Shown piece by piece: positions 15,974 to 25,174 of a stretch of 60,491 nt of DNA. The notes beneath the pieces are model-generated. The model was given only the letters and a program-made list of their open reading frames with translations, was not told the DNA's origin and ran no database searches. Position 1 is the first letter of the stretch. The number at the start of each line of letters is the position of its first letter. The stretch comes from a virus (Duplodnaviria > Caudoviricetes). Location: positions 1 through 60,491 of the IMG/VR virus record IMGVR_UViG_3300028835_000602; one strand, given 5' to 3'. A program made the translations under genes and the position numbers.

Positions 15974-18159
15974 TGTCACACCCAAGAGAGCATACCTGCA
16001 GGTTAAAGGATCCAGAACTGTTCGATCAGTTCCGGAGGGAGAACGGCAAGAAAGAACATCAGGGCAGGAAGTACGACGTGATGCACGGCCGACGGAAGAG
16101 TGATGGGGAATGGGAGAAACAGGCCTTCCGATATCCGAAGGGGACCTGGTCGGTCGCACAGGCCCGGAAACACAGCCGCAGCCATAAGGGGCGCTTCGAA
16201 GCAGCGAGCGGCCGCTCTCCGGAACATAGCTCGGTGGAGGTGCAACCCCCCCCCAGAACCTCGAGCATCGTAGTGGATCGTCTCCCCCCCGACGCCTTCG
16301 CCCTGGTGGTAGACCAGGGGGATGGCAAGTTCAACCTGCGATATCCCCACCACTGGGTCAGAAAGGGCGAGATATGCGAGATCGACGGCCGGTACGTCAG
16401 CGGGGAGATGTTCGTCCACCGGGGGATGCTGATCGAAGCCATGCGGAAGGCCAAGGAGGAAGGAGCGCCCGAGGAGGCCATCCAGCACATGCAGGGGCAC
16501 ATAGACGATCTGGGGGTGAAGATCCGGCAGCTGGCGCCGGCGATCGTGATCCCGGAACCAATCGCCCGGAGGATGAGGCCCGGCATGACGTCGGACATGC
16601 TACCGGCGGACCTGCCGATATTCGGGCAGGCGGACCTGGACCGGATGGTGGTAGAGATTGACACCCGCTCGGCCCGGTCCGGCGACGACATCGAGAAGTG
16701 GGAGATGGAGAAGATCAACTCGATCGCACTGGCGGACCTGGACCGAAAGGAGCTGTTCACGTTTTCGATGTGGGCATCCAACGAACTGCCCGACAGTTAC
16801 GGGACCAGGCAGGACCTCGAGACGACCCTGAGGAACTACGTGGCGGATCTGATCGATTCGCGGTCCCTGATGAAGTCTCACGGTATCGGGGGCCGGTGGG
16901 GGATAACCGGATCGGCGACGGACATGATGCCGATCGGGAACAGCTTCCAGGGGGATCTGACGCAACGGGATGGGAAGCAGGGCACGTGGCTGAGAGGCCG
17001 ATACTACATCCTCCTGAACACTGCCGTCGGCGACGGGTTGAACACGAACGACATTGTCAGGAACCTCCGAGCAGGGATCTGGCGCCGGGCTTCGATCGGC
17101 TTCACGATCGAAGCAATGGAGGGGAGAGAGAAGGGGTGGTACAAGTGCGAGATCTGCAACAATGACCTGATGTCAGAGGACTGCGACCACCTGCCGAACT
17201 TCAAGTACGAAGGGAAACTCTGCATAGCCCGGGTGATGGGCGGGAGCCTGCGGGAGACCTCGCTGGCCTACATGAACGCAGCCCAGGGGACGGTAGTGGA
17301 GAAGGCGATCCGGATGGCGAAGGACGGCAAACTCGATGATAAGGCGATGCTCGCCTTCCAGCTGATGTCCGGGGTGAGACTCCCCGACAGCAGGGGGGTG
17401 GTAACGATAGCGGCCGGTCCGGGGGGAGGATCCCCGGGATCCGGATCGCAGGAGGAAGAAACCAAAGCGGGAGCAGCAGCCCCCCCAGGGGGACAAGCAC
17501 CCGAAACCGAACAGCGAGGAAAAAGAAAGAAGGAGAAAAGAACCATGGAAGTAGCAAGAGCTGTTCTCACGACCCTGATGAGGGGGATCCACGAAGGTCT
17601 CCCCCAGGGGACGAAGATCCGCCGGACGGCAAGTGACGCGCTCGGGGCGATCGATGCGGCCGAGGGCGAGACAGAGGCGCGACAGGCCGTCGATACCTTC
17701 CTGGGGACGTTTAGCACAGAGATGCAGACGATCCAGGACCGGGCGACGGGCGCCGAAGCCCTGGTAGCAGAGCTTCCGGAAGCGGCCGAAGGCGAGACCA
17801 GGACCCCGGAGAAAGTGCGGGAGTTGGTCGAGTTCGCCAAAATCGGGCGGACCCACCGCGAGGCCGTGGTCACCGAGGCGTTGGCCCAGGGAGTACGGGC
17901 CGACAAGGATGGCTTCGACAAGGATCACTGGACGGAGCTCTTCGCCTCGAAGGGTGTCGAGTTCGTGCAGAAGCAGGGAGATCTGTGGAAGCAGGCGGCT
18001 GACCGGGGATTGAAGTCCGGAAGGATCTCGGACGATGGATCAGGCCCGGAGCCGGATCCAAAGAAGATCGGCAAGCCGGATCCGAAGACGGGAAGAATCC
18101 CGGACACGCAGCTGTCCGACAAGTACTACAGAGACGTTAAAACGCCCATCAGCAAGTAG
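15973..18159 (+). CDS. prohead protease-scaffold fusion (probable internal scaffold start at 17545)
   Basis: SH, ASIGF and ETSLAYMNA protease motifs, CEIC..CDHLP insert, helical C-terminus; AAGGAG before in-frame ATG 17545. Confidence 0.8.
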   Translation: MSHPREHTCRLKDPELFDQFRRENGKKEHQGRKYDVMHGRRKSDGEWEKQAFRYPKGTWSVAQARKHSRSHKGRFEAASGRSPEHSSVEVQPPPRTSSIVVDRLPPDAFALVVDQGDGKFNLRYPHHWVRKGEICEIDGRYVSGEMFVHRGMLIEAMRKAKEEGAPEEAIQHMQGHIDDLGVKIRQLAPAIVIPEPIARRMRPGMTSDMLPADLPIFGQADLDRMVVEIDTRSARSGDDIEKWEMEKINSIALADLDRKELFTFSMWASNELPDSYGTRQDLETTLRNYVADLIDSRSLMKSHGIGGRWGITGSATDMMPIGNSFQGDLTQRDGKQGTWLRGRYYILLNTAVGDGLNTNDIVRNLRAGIWRRASIGFTIEAMEGREKGWYKCEICNNDLMSEDCDHLPNFKYEGKLCIARVMGGSLRETSLAYMNAAQGTVVEKAIRMAKDGKLDDKAMLAFQLMSGVRLPDSRGVVTIAAGPGGGSPGSGSQEEETKAGAAAPPGGQAPETEQRGKRKKEKRTMEVARAVLTTLMRGIHEGLPQGTKIRRTASDALGAIDAAEGETEARQAVDTFLGTFSTEMQTIQDRATGAEALVAELPEAAEGETRTPEKVRELVEFAKIGRTHREAVVTEALAQGVRADKDGFDKDHWTELFASKGVEFVQKQGDLWKQAADRGLKSGRISDDGSGPEPDPKKIGKPDPKTGRIPDTQLSDKYYRDVKTPISK

Positions 18160-18188
18160 GGCGCAACGATCAAAAAACGGAGCGAATA

Positions 18189-18593
18189 ATGCCAGATCAG
18201 AACATTCCGATCAGGACGTTCGATCTCCCCAGGGGCGGAAACGCCTACGCGCCTTACGTGACGAGCCTGACAACCGATGACCTGGATGTCGCCGTGATGA
18301 TATCCGGCGGCTTCAGTGAGGTCACCGGGGTCACCGTCACGAAGGTAACGGAGAACGAACCGGCCATCGGGCGGCTTGCGGTCGTGGAAAACGACGGAGC
18401 CTGCTCGGTGCAGGATGCCGGCTACATGTGGTTTCCCTTTACGGAGGGCGACACACCGACACGTCGGCAGGGAGTGCGAGGCGGCCAGACCGCCGGCACA
18501 GTAAAAGGCGTGGCCCATTCAGACGGGGGCCGCGGACAAGTGGTGAGCGTTGACAGGACCAATCTCAAGGTCTACGTCAAGTTCTCCGCCTAA
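18189..18593 (+). CDS. capsid decoration/cement protein
   Basis: 134 aa, beta-rich, between scaffold and major capsid genes. Confidence 0.6.
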   Translation: MPDQNIPIRTFDLPRGGNAYAPYVTSLTTDDLDVAVMISGGFSEVTGVTVTKVTENEPAIGRLAVVENDGACSVQDAGYMWFPFTEGDTPTRRQGVRGGQTAGTVKGVAHSDGGRGQVVSVDRTNLKVYVKFSA

Positions 18594-18607
18594 AGGGAGC
18601 GGAAACG

Positions 18608-19792
18608 ATGATACCAGAAGTTAGATTAGTCTACGCGGGAACCGACCGCGAATTCCAGTTGCCCGACAACGTGGAGATCGTGGGCGGAGCCTCAAGGGCG
18701 GCGGACATTGACCTGTCAGCCGGAATAGATGTTTACAAGCAGTGCTCCGAGGAAGGGATCAACCTCACGCAGTACCTGGAGCGCCGGGACCCGTCGCGGT
18801 ACGACGGTGCCGGGAAGCTCGTTGGCCTCGATGCATATCAACGGCAGCTGAGGCTGGCGGGGATCGTACCGGTCAGTTTCCCGGAAGAGGGCCGATTCGC
18901 CTCGAAGGGCGAGCGGTTCTTCCAGGCCGGCTATCCGGCGAGCAAGGTCCTGTTCCCTGAGTTCATAGATCGGGTGGTCAGGATGGTGCTGCTGCGGCCG
19001 GCGACGATCGACGCGATGTTAGCGTTGACCCGGATGATCACCTCGGCAACCTACCAGGCGATGGAAATCACCTGGGACGAGAAGGATGTCCGGAAGAAGC
19101 GGACGCCGCAGATGACGGAGTTTCCGATCGTCAAGTTGGCGTGGTCCGATACGCCGGGGAAGGTCCAGAAGTACGGCCGAGAGGTGCAGACCTCGTACGA
19201 GTTTATCCGCGAGGCTTCCCTCGACATTCTCCAGACAGCGATCACCCTGATCATGACCCAGACGAGGGTGTCCGAGTCGGACGACGCCGTGGCGACGATG
19301 TGGAACCAGGTGGCGGACAGTTACATCTACAAAGCCAACGGTTCCCAGGGGCTGGATACGGCTTCGTCGGCGGGCCAGGGTAACTTGACTTACAACGCGT
19401 GGTTAGCTTTCGCGTTGGAGTTTTTCCCGTACCAGGTCGACACGATCGTGGCGGGGAAGAAGGCCCTGATCAAGTGGGTAACGATGAGCAAGCCAGGCGC
19501 CGATATCATGGAAGTCCTGGCGGCTCTTCAAGAAGGACCCGCGACCGTACGATTCCGGCTCGAGCAGAACATCTGGGGCCCGGTCACGCTGATCTACAAC
19601 TCCGCAGTGCCCGACGATAACCTGCTTTGCTTCCAGAAGGAGTATGCGCTGGAGCGGATACTGCAGGTCGGCGGCGACATCACGGAGATGGAGAAGATGA
19701 TCAGGATGCAGTTCTCCTCGATCATCCTTTCCGAGATGGTCGGCTTCGGGATACTCTTCCCGCAGGTCATCCGGATCCTGAAACTGAACTAA
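18608..19792 (+). CDS. major capsid protein
   Basis: 394 aa; LFPEFIDR, KYGREVQTSYE HK97-fold pattern; gene order. Confidence 0.85.
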   Translation: MIPEVRLVYAGTDREFQLPDNVEIVGGASRAADIDLSAGIDVYKQCSEEGINLTQYLERRDPSRYDGAGKLVGLDAYQRQLRLAGIVPVSFPEEGRFASKGERFFQAGYPASKVLFPEFIDRVVRMVLLRPATIDAMLALTRMITSATYQAMEITWDEKDVRKKRTPQMTEFPIVKLAWSDTPGKVQKYGREVQTSYEFIREASLDILQTAITLIMTQTRVSESDDAVATMWNQVADSYIYKANGSQGLDTASSAGQGNLTYNAWLAFALEFFPYQVDTIVAGKKALIKWVTMSKPGADIMEVLAALQEGPATVRFRLEQNIWGPVTLIYNSAVPDDNLLCFQKEYALERILQVGGDITEMEKMIRMQFSSIILSEMVGFGILFPQVIRILKLN

Positions 19793-19814
19793 ACGCGGAG
19801 ACGCGAAAGGAACT

Positions 19815-19908
19815 GGGCGGGAGAGCGTCCTTACCAGGCAGCCTTCGCCGGTCACCTGGTGTGGGGGGCGGTGTTGATTCCGGTCGCACCGTCCCCCGCC
19901 TCCCGCCT
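19815..19908 (+). ncRNA. candidate three-way-junction RNA element
   Basis: Stems 19815-23/19900-08, 19833-38/19855-60, 19861-73/19887-99. Confidence 0.5.
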
Positions 19909-19928
19909 CATCTTCGGAGGATAGAATC

Positions 19929-20297
19929 ATGAGGAGATCCCTTCTGATAGGCATCATCTGCGCCCTTCTTCTGACCACCGTGCTCGGGGGAGGGCGCGCT
20001 TTTTGCCAGCAACAGAATGCTCCAACCCAGGGGACCGTACTGATCAAGACCCTGACGTTGGCGTCGACGGAATATAGCATCGACTTAGGCGCAGGGATAA
20101 AGGCATTCTCGGTACAGCTGCGGGGCGATTACAATTTGAGGATAGGCTTCTTCGCCGGCAGCACCTCGACTGCCTACTGGACGATCCCGTCAGCCGGTCC
20201 CCCGTACGTCAGCCCTCCCTGCTACACGAGCCTGGTGTTATATCTGCGCTGCGATGGGGCAGCCGGCCAGGTAGCCGAAATTGAATACTGGCGCTAA
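19929..20297 (+). CDS. exported beta-rich protein
   Basis: Signal-peptide-like N-terminus MRRSLLIGIICALLL...; RBS GGAGG. Confidence 0.75.
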   Translation: MRRSLLIGIICALLLTTVLGGGRAFCQQQNAPTQGTVLIKTLTLASTEYSIDLGAGIKAFSVQLRGDYNLRIGFFAGSTSTAYWTIPSAGPPYVSPPCYTSLVLYLRCDGAAGQVAEIEYWR

Positions 20298-20315
20298 GCG
20301 CGAAAGGGGTCTGAC

Positions 20316-20648
20316 ATGGAGATGGTACTGGCTTCGGCAGTTATATGGCGGGTTGTCGCCGGGATGGCGGTCCTTTATGGGGCCGTGCTGACCTTCTGGG
20401 TTGTCCCGACGAAGAAGACCGTCAGCAAGGTCCGGGATGACTTCAACGATTGCCAGAAGACCAACCCGGCGAAGATCGGGAGGCTCGAAGAGAGGATGGC
20501 GGGTGTCAAGCAGGACATTGCCCGCCACGAGAAGACGGTGGCCGACGTCGGCAAAATGAACGCCACGGTCGCCCGGATTGAGGGGAAGGTTTCCGGCCTC
20601 TGTACGATGGTCGAGAACCTCCCGAAGGAACTCAACGGAAAGGTATAA
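20316..20648 (+). CDS. single-TM coiled-coil protein
   Basis: N-terminal hydrophobic helix then heptad pattern. Confidence 0.7.
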   Translation: MEMVLASAVIWRVVAGMAVLYGAVLTFWVVPTKKTVSKVRDDFNDCQKTNPAKIGRLEERMAGVKQDIARHEKTVADVGKMNATVARIEGKVSGLCTMVENLPKELNGKV

Positions 20649-20660
20649 AGATAGAGCGGG

Positions 20661-23600
20661 ATGGAAAAGCGGATCGGAAGAATAATTGCTTTTATGGTTT
20701 TGGGATGCTTGCTCGTGTTGAGTAATGCGTTCTCCCAGACCCCAACTCCAACCCCAGCCGGTTACGTAACGTTCTGGTCCGAGACATTCAATAATTATTC
20801 GATCGGAACGATAGAAGGGTCCGGCTCACCTCCCCGCTGGACCGTTGATACCTCCGGGGCGACGATTGTCCCTCCCGATGATTATTTTGATGTTAGGTAT
20901 CGTACTGACTGGGAGAATCACACATATATGGCGGCTCGTGATCTCGATGGCGAGGCGATATGGATTAGCGAGACGATTGATACATCAGCTGCTGGTTTAA
21001 TCACAATTTCGGCCTGGAGCATAGCTTCTTACGGCCTGGAGCCTGCTGACGAGTACCGTTTAACTTATGATATTGACGGAGCAGAGACAACTTGGTTTTG
21101 GGAGACAAATGATTTCCCCGATGGTGCAAATACTTGGTGTACGGAAGGGACGGACGTTTCATCGGGAACGGATCTTATACTACGTTGGTATATTACAAAC
21201 AACGCCGATGATGAGCAATACGGTCTTGATAACGTTGCGGTTGGAAAAATCGTAACTCCGACCCCATCAGTTACTCCAACTGTAACGCCTACACCTACTC
21301 CAACATCATCTACTACCCCGTCAATTACTCCAACGCCAACTACAACGCCAAGCATCACCCCTACACCCTCTGTTACCCCTACGGCGCAATGTCTGCGGGA
21401 GTTCGGGGAGAACTGGCAGAGCAAGATGGGGATTCAGGGCGATTACTATTGGAGGTGGAGGCAACGGTTGTCTGACGATATGATTATTTCTGAATGGATA
21501 GCCGAGACCTTATTTTCAACGGGCCAGTGGGCGGAGAACACCTTCGCCTCAATTGATAATTCTAACTGGTTATACCAAAGAGCTTCGTTTGCCGTTAAAC
21601 TTGCGGAAGATAGCGCGCCCACGACAATCACTTGGACTGACGGGTCAAGTATTTATATCGCCGAATCAGATGAATCGTCAGATACGGAATGGAGTTGGGA
21701 GAATATAACTACTGTATTTGCGGGCGATGGATATACCTACCATGATGCTAATATTGGTTTTAGCAAATCGGCCTCCCCGCCAAATATTATAGTCATTGGT
21801 TCGTACGATGATGGAGTAAACCATATCGTCGTCTCAAGGCAAAATACCGCTACGGGGGATATAACAGCCTGGGATTCAACCCAAACTATGTCCAGCGGGA
21901 CGAATGACCAGGAAATATATGGGGTCATTATAAAAGTCGTTGGCGACTCTGGCGGAACGAAAAAAGAAATACTTGCTACGTGGAAAGAGCAATCGGTTAT
22001 AAAATCTCGCTATAGAAATAATAGCGAAACGTGGGGAATTGAGACAACAGTCGCCCTCGACGCCTCTGATGGGGAAGCTCAATTTGACGTGGAAAATACT
22101 CTTAATGCGGGGGTCGAGGGAGCCCATATCATTTATGTTGATGACGCTGGGAATATAATATCCGCCGAAAGGACCAGTGGAGTAGGCTTGGCGTGGACAA
22201 ACTATACGATTGTCGAGCCGAGTGATTCGCTCGGTTGCGTTGGGATAGTCCAGTATCAGGGAGGAGATCTTGGCTATGTGTGGGACAAGAACGATACTTC
22301 ATTTCAGTTCCGCACCCACGACCCGAACCACTCACCTCCTTGGATCCCATCATTGGACCAGCCAGCAAATAACTGGCCGCAGATAGATTTTGCTCGGCAG
22401 TCAACAGTTAATATCTCTCAGTCTCAATATCCTTCTCAAATTTCTAATTCAGGAAACCTTATAACTAACTGGATTGGAAATACGGAGAACGGTGGTTGTA
22501 CGATTGGCTGGGGGGAAATATACGATGTACCTCCGACCCCGAGTCCGAGTCCGACCGTAACCCCTACGCCTACGGTAACTCCATCCATAACTCCGACGCC
22601 CTCTCCGATAACACCTACTCCTTCGACAACACCATCGACAACGCCTACCCCTACGCCTACCGCAACCCCGACTCCATCGGTTACTCCTACCCCTACCGTC
22701 ACACCGTCTCCGTCTCCGACGCCCTCAATCCCCGATACCTTATCTAACCCGAGTTTTGAAGTTGGTAATGGCGGCGGGGGACAAAGCATTTCTGATTGGA
22801 CCGAACTCGGAACGCCGTCTCAGCTAACTTGGTCTTTAGCAAATCCTTATGAGGGAGTCCGTTCTTGTCGTGCAAATGCTTTAACGCTAACCCCTGGGGA
22901 TAGGGCGGTTATAAGTTATCCCATGAATGCCTTAGCGGGAGAAAATTATAGATTGAGTGGCTGGACGAGCATTACTGGAGTGGGTGATCCTGACACGGTA
23001 TATTATAATTATGCGTCATTGTTTTATAACGATGTCGATGATTTTCTTGGAGGGCAAACAGGAGCGTATCGAGGGGTCACGATAGATGTCTGGAGTAACC
23101 AATCTTTCACTGCTACTTCCCCTGGGTCTACTACCAGGTTACGGGTTTATTTTGACGCCATGGAGACTGAGAATAATGACAACGATACCTTCACGGATTA
23201 TTTTCAGGTTTACTTAATAACGCCGACGCCAACGGTTACGCCGACACCTTCTGTTACCCCCACCTCAACGCCCTCAACTACTCCTACCCCAACAGTGACG
23301 CCTTCCCCAAGTCCAACTTTAACACCCCAAAAGACCTCGACTCCTACGCCAACAGTTACGCCGACGGTGACACCATCGGCGACACCATCAACTACGCCAA
23401 CGGTAATGCCCACACCCTCCCCTACAATGACTCCCTGTGGTGGCCGGGCCTGGGTCCAGATGACTGATATTGAGAATATGACTTGGAACTCCGCTACGAT
23501 CGCGGAGGGTTTCGATGTTATCCTTCGTCCGTTTGGTTTAGGCATTGGCTACGAAAAAGGGCAAGTCTCTGGTATGACGGGGAGCTTTATAGATGGGACC

Positions 23601-24119
23601 GATAACCCCCCCTCGGCAAATATGTATTATTCGATATTTACCGAGGAAGCCAAAACTTGGTCTATATTTGATTTCACGGTTGATTACGACGGCACAAGTC
23701 GGCGCATATACGGACCCACTTATGAGACTTCTGGGGAAGTTGAGACATATTACTACTTTGACGATACAGGAGCCTCGTATGTAGATATCGGTCTTTGTAA
23801 TCTGGCGAGGGGGGTGCCTACGCCTACGCCCTCAGTAACGCCAACTCCTACTGCGACTCCGACGCCAACGCCAACGGCAACGCCTTCCCCTACCCCCACG
23901 GTTACACCAACAGTCACCCCCACGGTTACGCCTACGCCAACGCCAACGCCATCGGTGACATCTACTCCTACGCCATCCGTGACGCCGACGCCAACGGCGA
24001 CCCCAACACCATCTCCTACGCCTTCGGCAACCCCGACTCCTTCACCGACGATTGCACCAACTCCAGCATCTAAGCCAGGAAACATCATTCCAATTCTCAG
24101 GCGACGGAGGGGAGGATAG
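20661..24119 (+). CDS. large exported multidomain protein with Thr-Pro linkers and CBM-like domains
   Basis: Signal peptide, four long TP/SP tracts, LSNPSFE module, C-terminal [11 protein letters not shown]. Confidence 0.85.
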   Translation: MEKRIGRIIAFMVLGCLLVLSNAFSQTPTPTPAGYVTFWSETFNNYSIGTIEGSGSPPRWTVDTSGATIVPPDDYFDVRYRTDWENHTYMAARDLDGEAIWISETIDTSAAGLITISAWSIASYGLEPADEYRLTYDIDGAETTWFWETNDFPDGANTWCTEGTDVSSGTDLILRWYITNNADDEQYGLDNVAVGKIVTPTPSVTPTVTPTPTPTSSTTPSITPTPTTTPSITPTPSVTPTAQCLREFGENWQSKMGIQGDYYWRWRQRLSDDMIISEWIAETLFSTGQWAENTFASIDNSNWLYQRASFAVKLAEDSAPTTITWTDGSSIYIAESDESSDTEWSWENITTVFAGDGYTYHDANIGFSKSASPPNIIVIGSYDDGVNHIVVSRQNTATGDITAWDSTQTMSSGTNDQEIYGVIIKVVGDSGGTKKEILATWKEQSVIKSRYRNNSETWGIETTVALDASDGEAQFDVENTLNAGVEGAHIIYVDDAGNIISAERTSGVGLAWTNYTIVEPSDSLGCVGIVQYQGGDLGYVWDKNDTSFQFRTHDPNHSPPWIPSLDQPANNWPQIDFARQSTVNISQSQYPSQISNSGNLITNWIGNTENGGCTIGWGEIYDVPPTPSPSPTVTPTPTVTPSITPTPSPITPTPSTTPSTTPTPTPTATPTPSVTPTPTVTPSPSPTPSIPDTLSNPSFEVGNGGGGQSISDWTELGTPSQLTWSLANPYEGVRSCRANALTLTPGDRAVISYPMNALAGENYRLSGWTSITGVGDPDTVYYNYASLFYNDVDDFLGGQTGAYRGVTIDVWSNQSFTATSPGSTTRLRVYFDAMETENNDNDTFTDYFQVYLITPTPTVTPTPSVTPTSTPSTTPTPTVTPSPSPTLTPQKTSTPTPTVTPTVTPSATPSTTPTVMPTPSPTMTPCGGRAWVQMTDIENMTWNSATIAEGFDVILRPFGLGIGYEKGQVSGMTGSFIDGTDNPPSANMYYSIFTEEAKTWSIFDFTVDYDGTSRRIYGPTYETSGEVETYYYFDDTGASYVDIGLCNLARGVPTPTPSVTPTPTATPTPTPTATPSPTPTVTPTVTPTVTPTPTPTPSVTSTPTPSVTPTPTATPTPSPTPSATPTPSPTIAPTPASKPGNIIPILRRRRGG

Positions 24120-24120
24120 G

Positions 24121-24558
24121 ATGGCCTACACGCCGAAGATACTGACGGATCCCGACGACCTGGACGCGATCAGGGCCCTGGTCGGGCTTGACGTGACGAA
24201 ACCCACGGACGTTGCCAAGCTCCCGGACACGACGTTGCTCTCCGTGGCCTACCTGCCAGCGAAAGAGGCCGCGGCGATAAAGGAGTTTACGAACTACGCG
24301 TCGCTGACCGGCCCAGACAAGGACCTCTTACGGTCGGTGGTGGCGAAGACGGTGGCGATCGTTGCGATCAGCAACCTGCTCGAATCGGAGACATCACTCG
24401 AGTACAAGTATACCCGGAAGCTGGAGAAGCAGGCCGAGCTGCTGCGGGCGGAGATCAAGGACGAGATGGAGATGATAACTCCGACCTCCGACGATGCGGC
24501 AGCCCCGGAGTTCTTCAGGCTGGTCGGCCCGACGAGGACGGCGAAGGCGGCCGAGTGA
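24121..24558 (+). CDS. head-tail adaptor/connector
   Basis: RBS GGAGG; helical, DAIRALVG pattern; gene order. Confidence 0.6.
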   Translation: MAYTPKILTDPDDLDAIRALVGLDVTKPTDVAKLPDTTLLSVAYLPAKEAAAIKEFTNYASLTGPDKDLLRSVVAKTVAIVAISNLLESETSLEYKYTRKLEKQAELLRAEIKDEMEMITPTSDDAAAPEFFRLVGPTRTAKAAE

Positions 24559-24559
24559 G

Positions 24560-25156
24560 ATGGCGATAGAGGACTTCTATAAGATCTCCGGGGGGATCTA
24601 CTACAAGACGGCTTCCGTACTGGACGGGACAGCCCCCGGACCCACGATCGCACCTACCAGGCAGCCGGCCGGCCCGGCCCACATTTCGATCAGGCTGACG
24701 AATTCCGCGGCCGGCAGCGTGGAGGTTTTCGGAGAGGTGGCTGGCTCTCCAGACAGCGAGACGGTCGACTTGTCTTCAGGAGACGATGCCCGAGAGACGC
24801 AGAAGGAGTTCACGTCGATCGACAGGTTTGAGACGGCGATCGCAAGCGGGGAGATATCGGCGGAGGCACTGGCGGGGAGCGGGGAACCGGTTATCGCGGA
24901 GGTCCTGGGCGGCACGGTGATGATGAGAGTGAAAGCGCAGCGGGGGGACATCCGGATGGCGGCCGCCGGCGATCAGGAGATAGCGGACTACGTGGGGGCG
25001 TCGATGGCGGACTCCCTGCTGGTGGCCGGGCGGTTCGTACAGGCCGACTTGGGGGACGGACGATTGAAAAAATTTAGAATAATTTACGTGACACCATTAG
25101 CCGAACTTGGTAACGTGAACTTCGACCTGAAATTCCTAAAATCCGCAGGCCCCTGA
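24560..25156 (+). CDS. head closure-like virion protein
   Basis: Gene order; beta-rich C-terminal half. Confidence 0.5.
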   Translation: MAIEDFYKISGGIYYKTASVLDGTAPGPTIAPTRQPAGPAHISIRLTNSAAGSVEVFGEVAGSPDSETVDLSSGDDARETQKEFTSIDRFETAIASGEISAEALAGSGEPVIAEVLGGTVMMRVKAQRGDIRMAAAGDQEIADYVGASMADSLLVAGRFVQADLGDGRLKKFRIIYVTPLAELGNVNFDLKFLKSAGP

Positions 25157-25174
25157 GGCCGTAAGGAGAAGACG

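Noticed and set aside
21250-24065. Tandem ACN-CCN repeats as a CRISPR array or DNA repeat
   Set aside because: Third positions vary freely, so this is a protein-level Thr-Pro repeat; there is no repeat-spacer pattern
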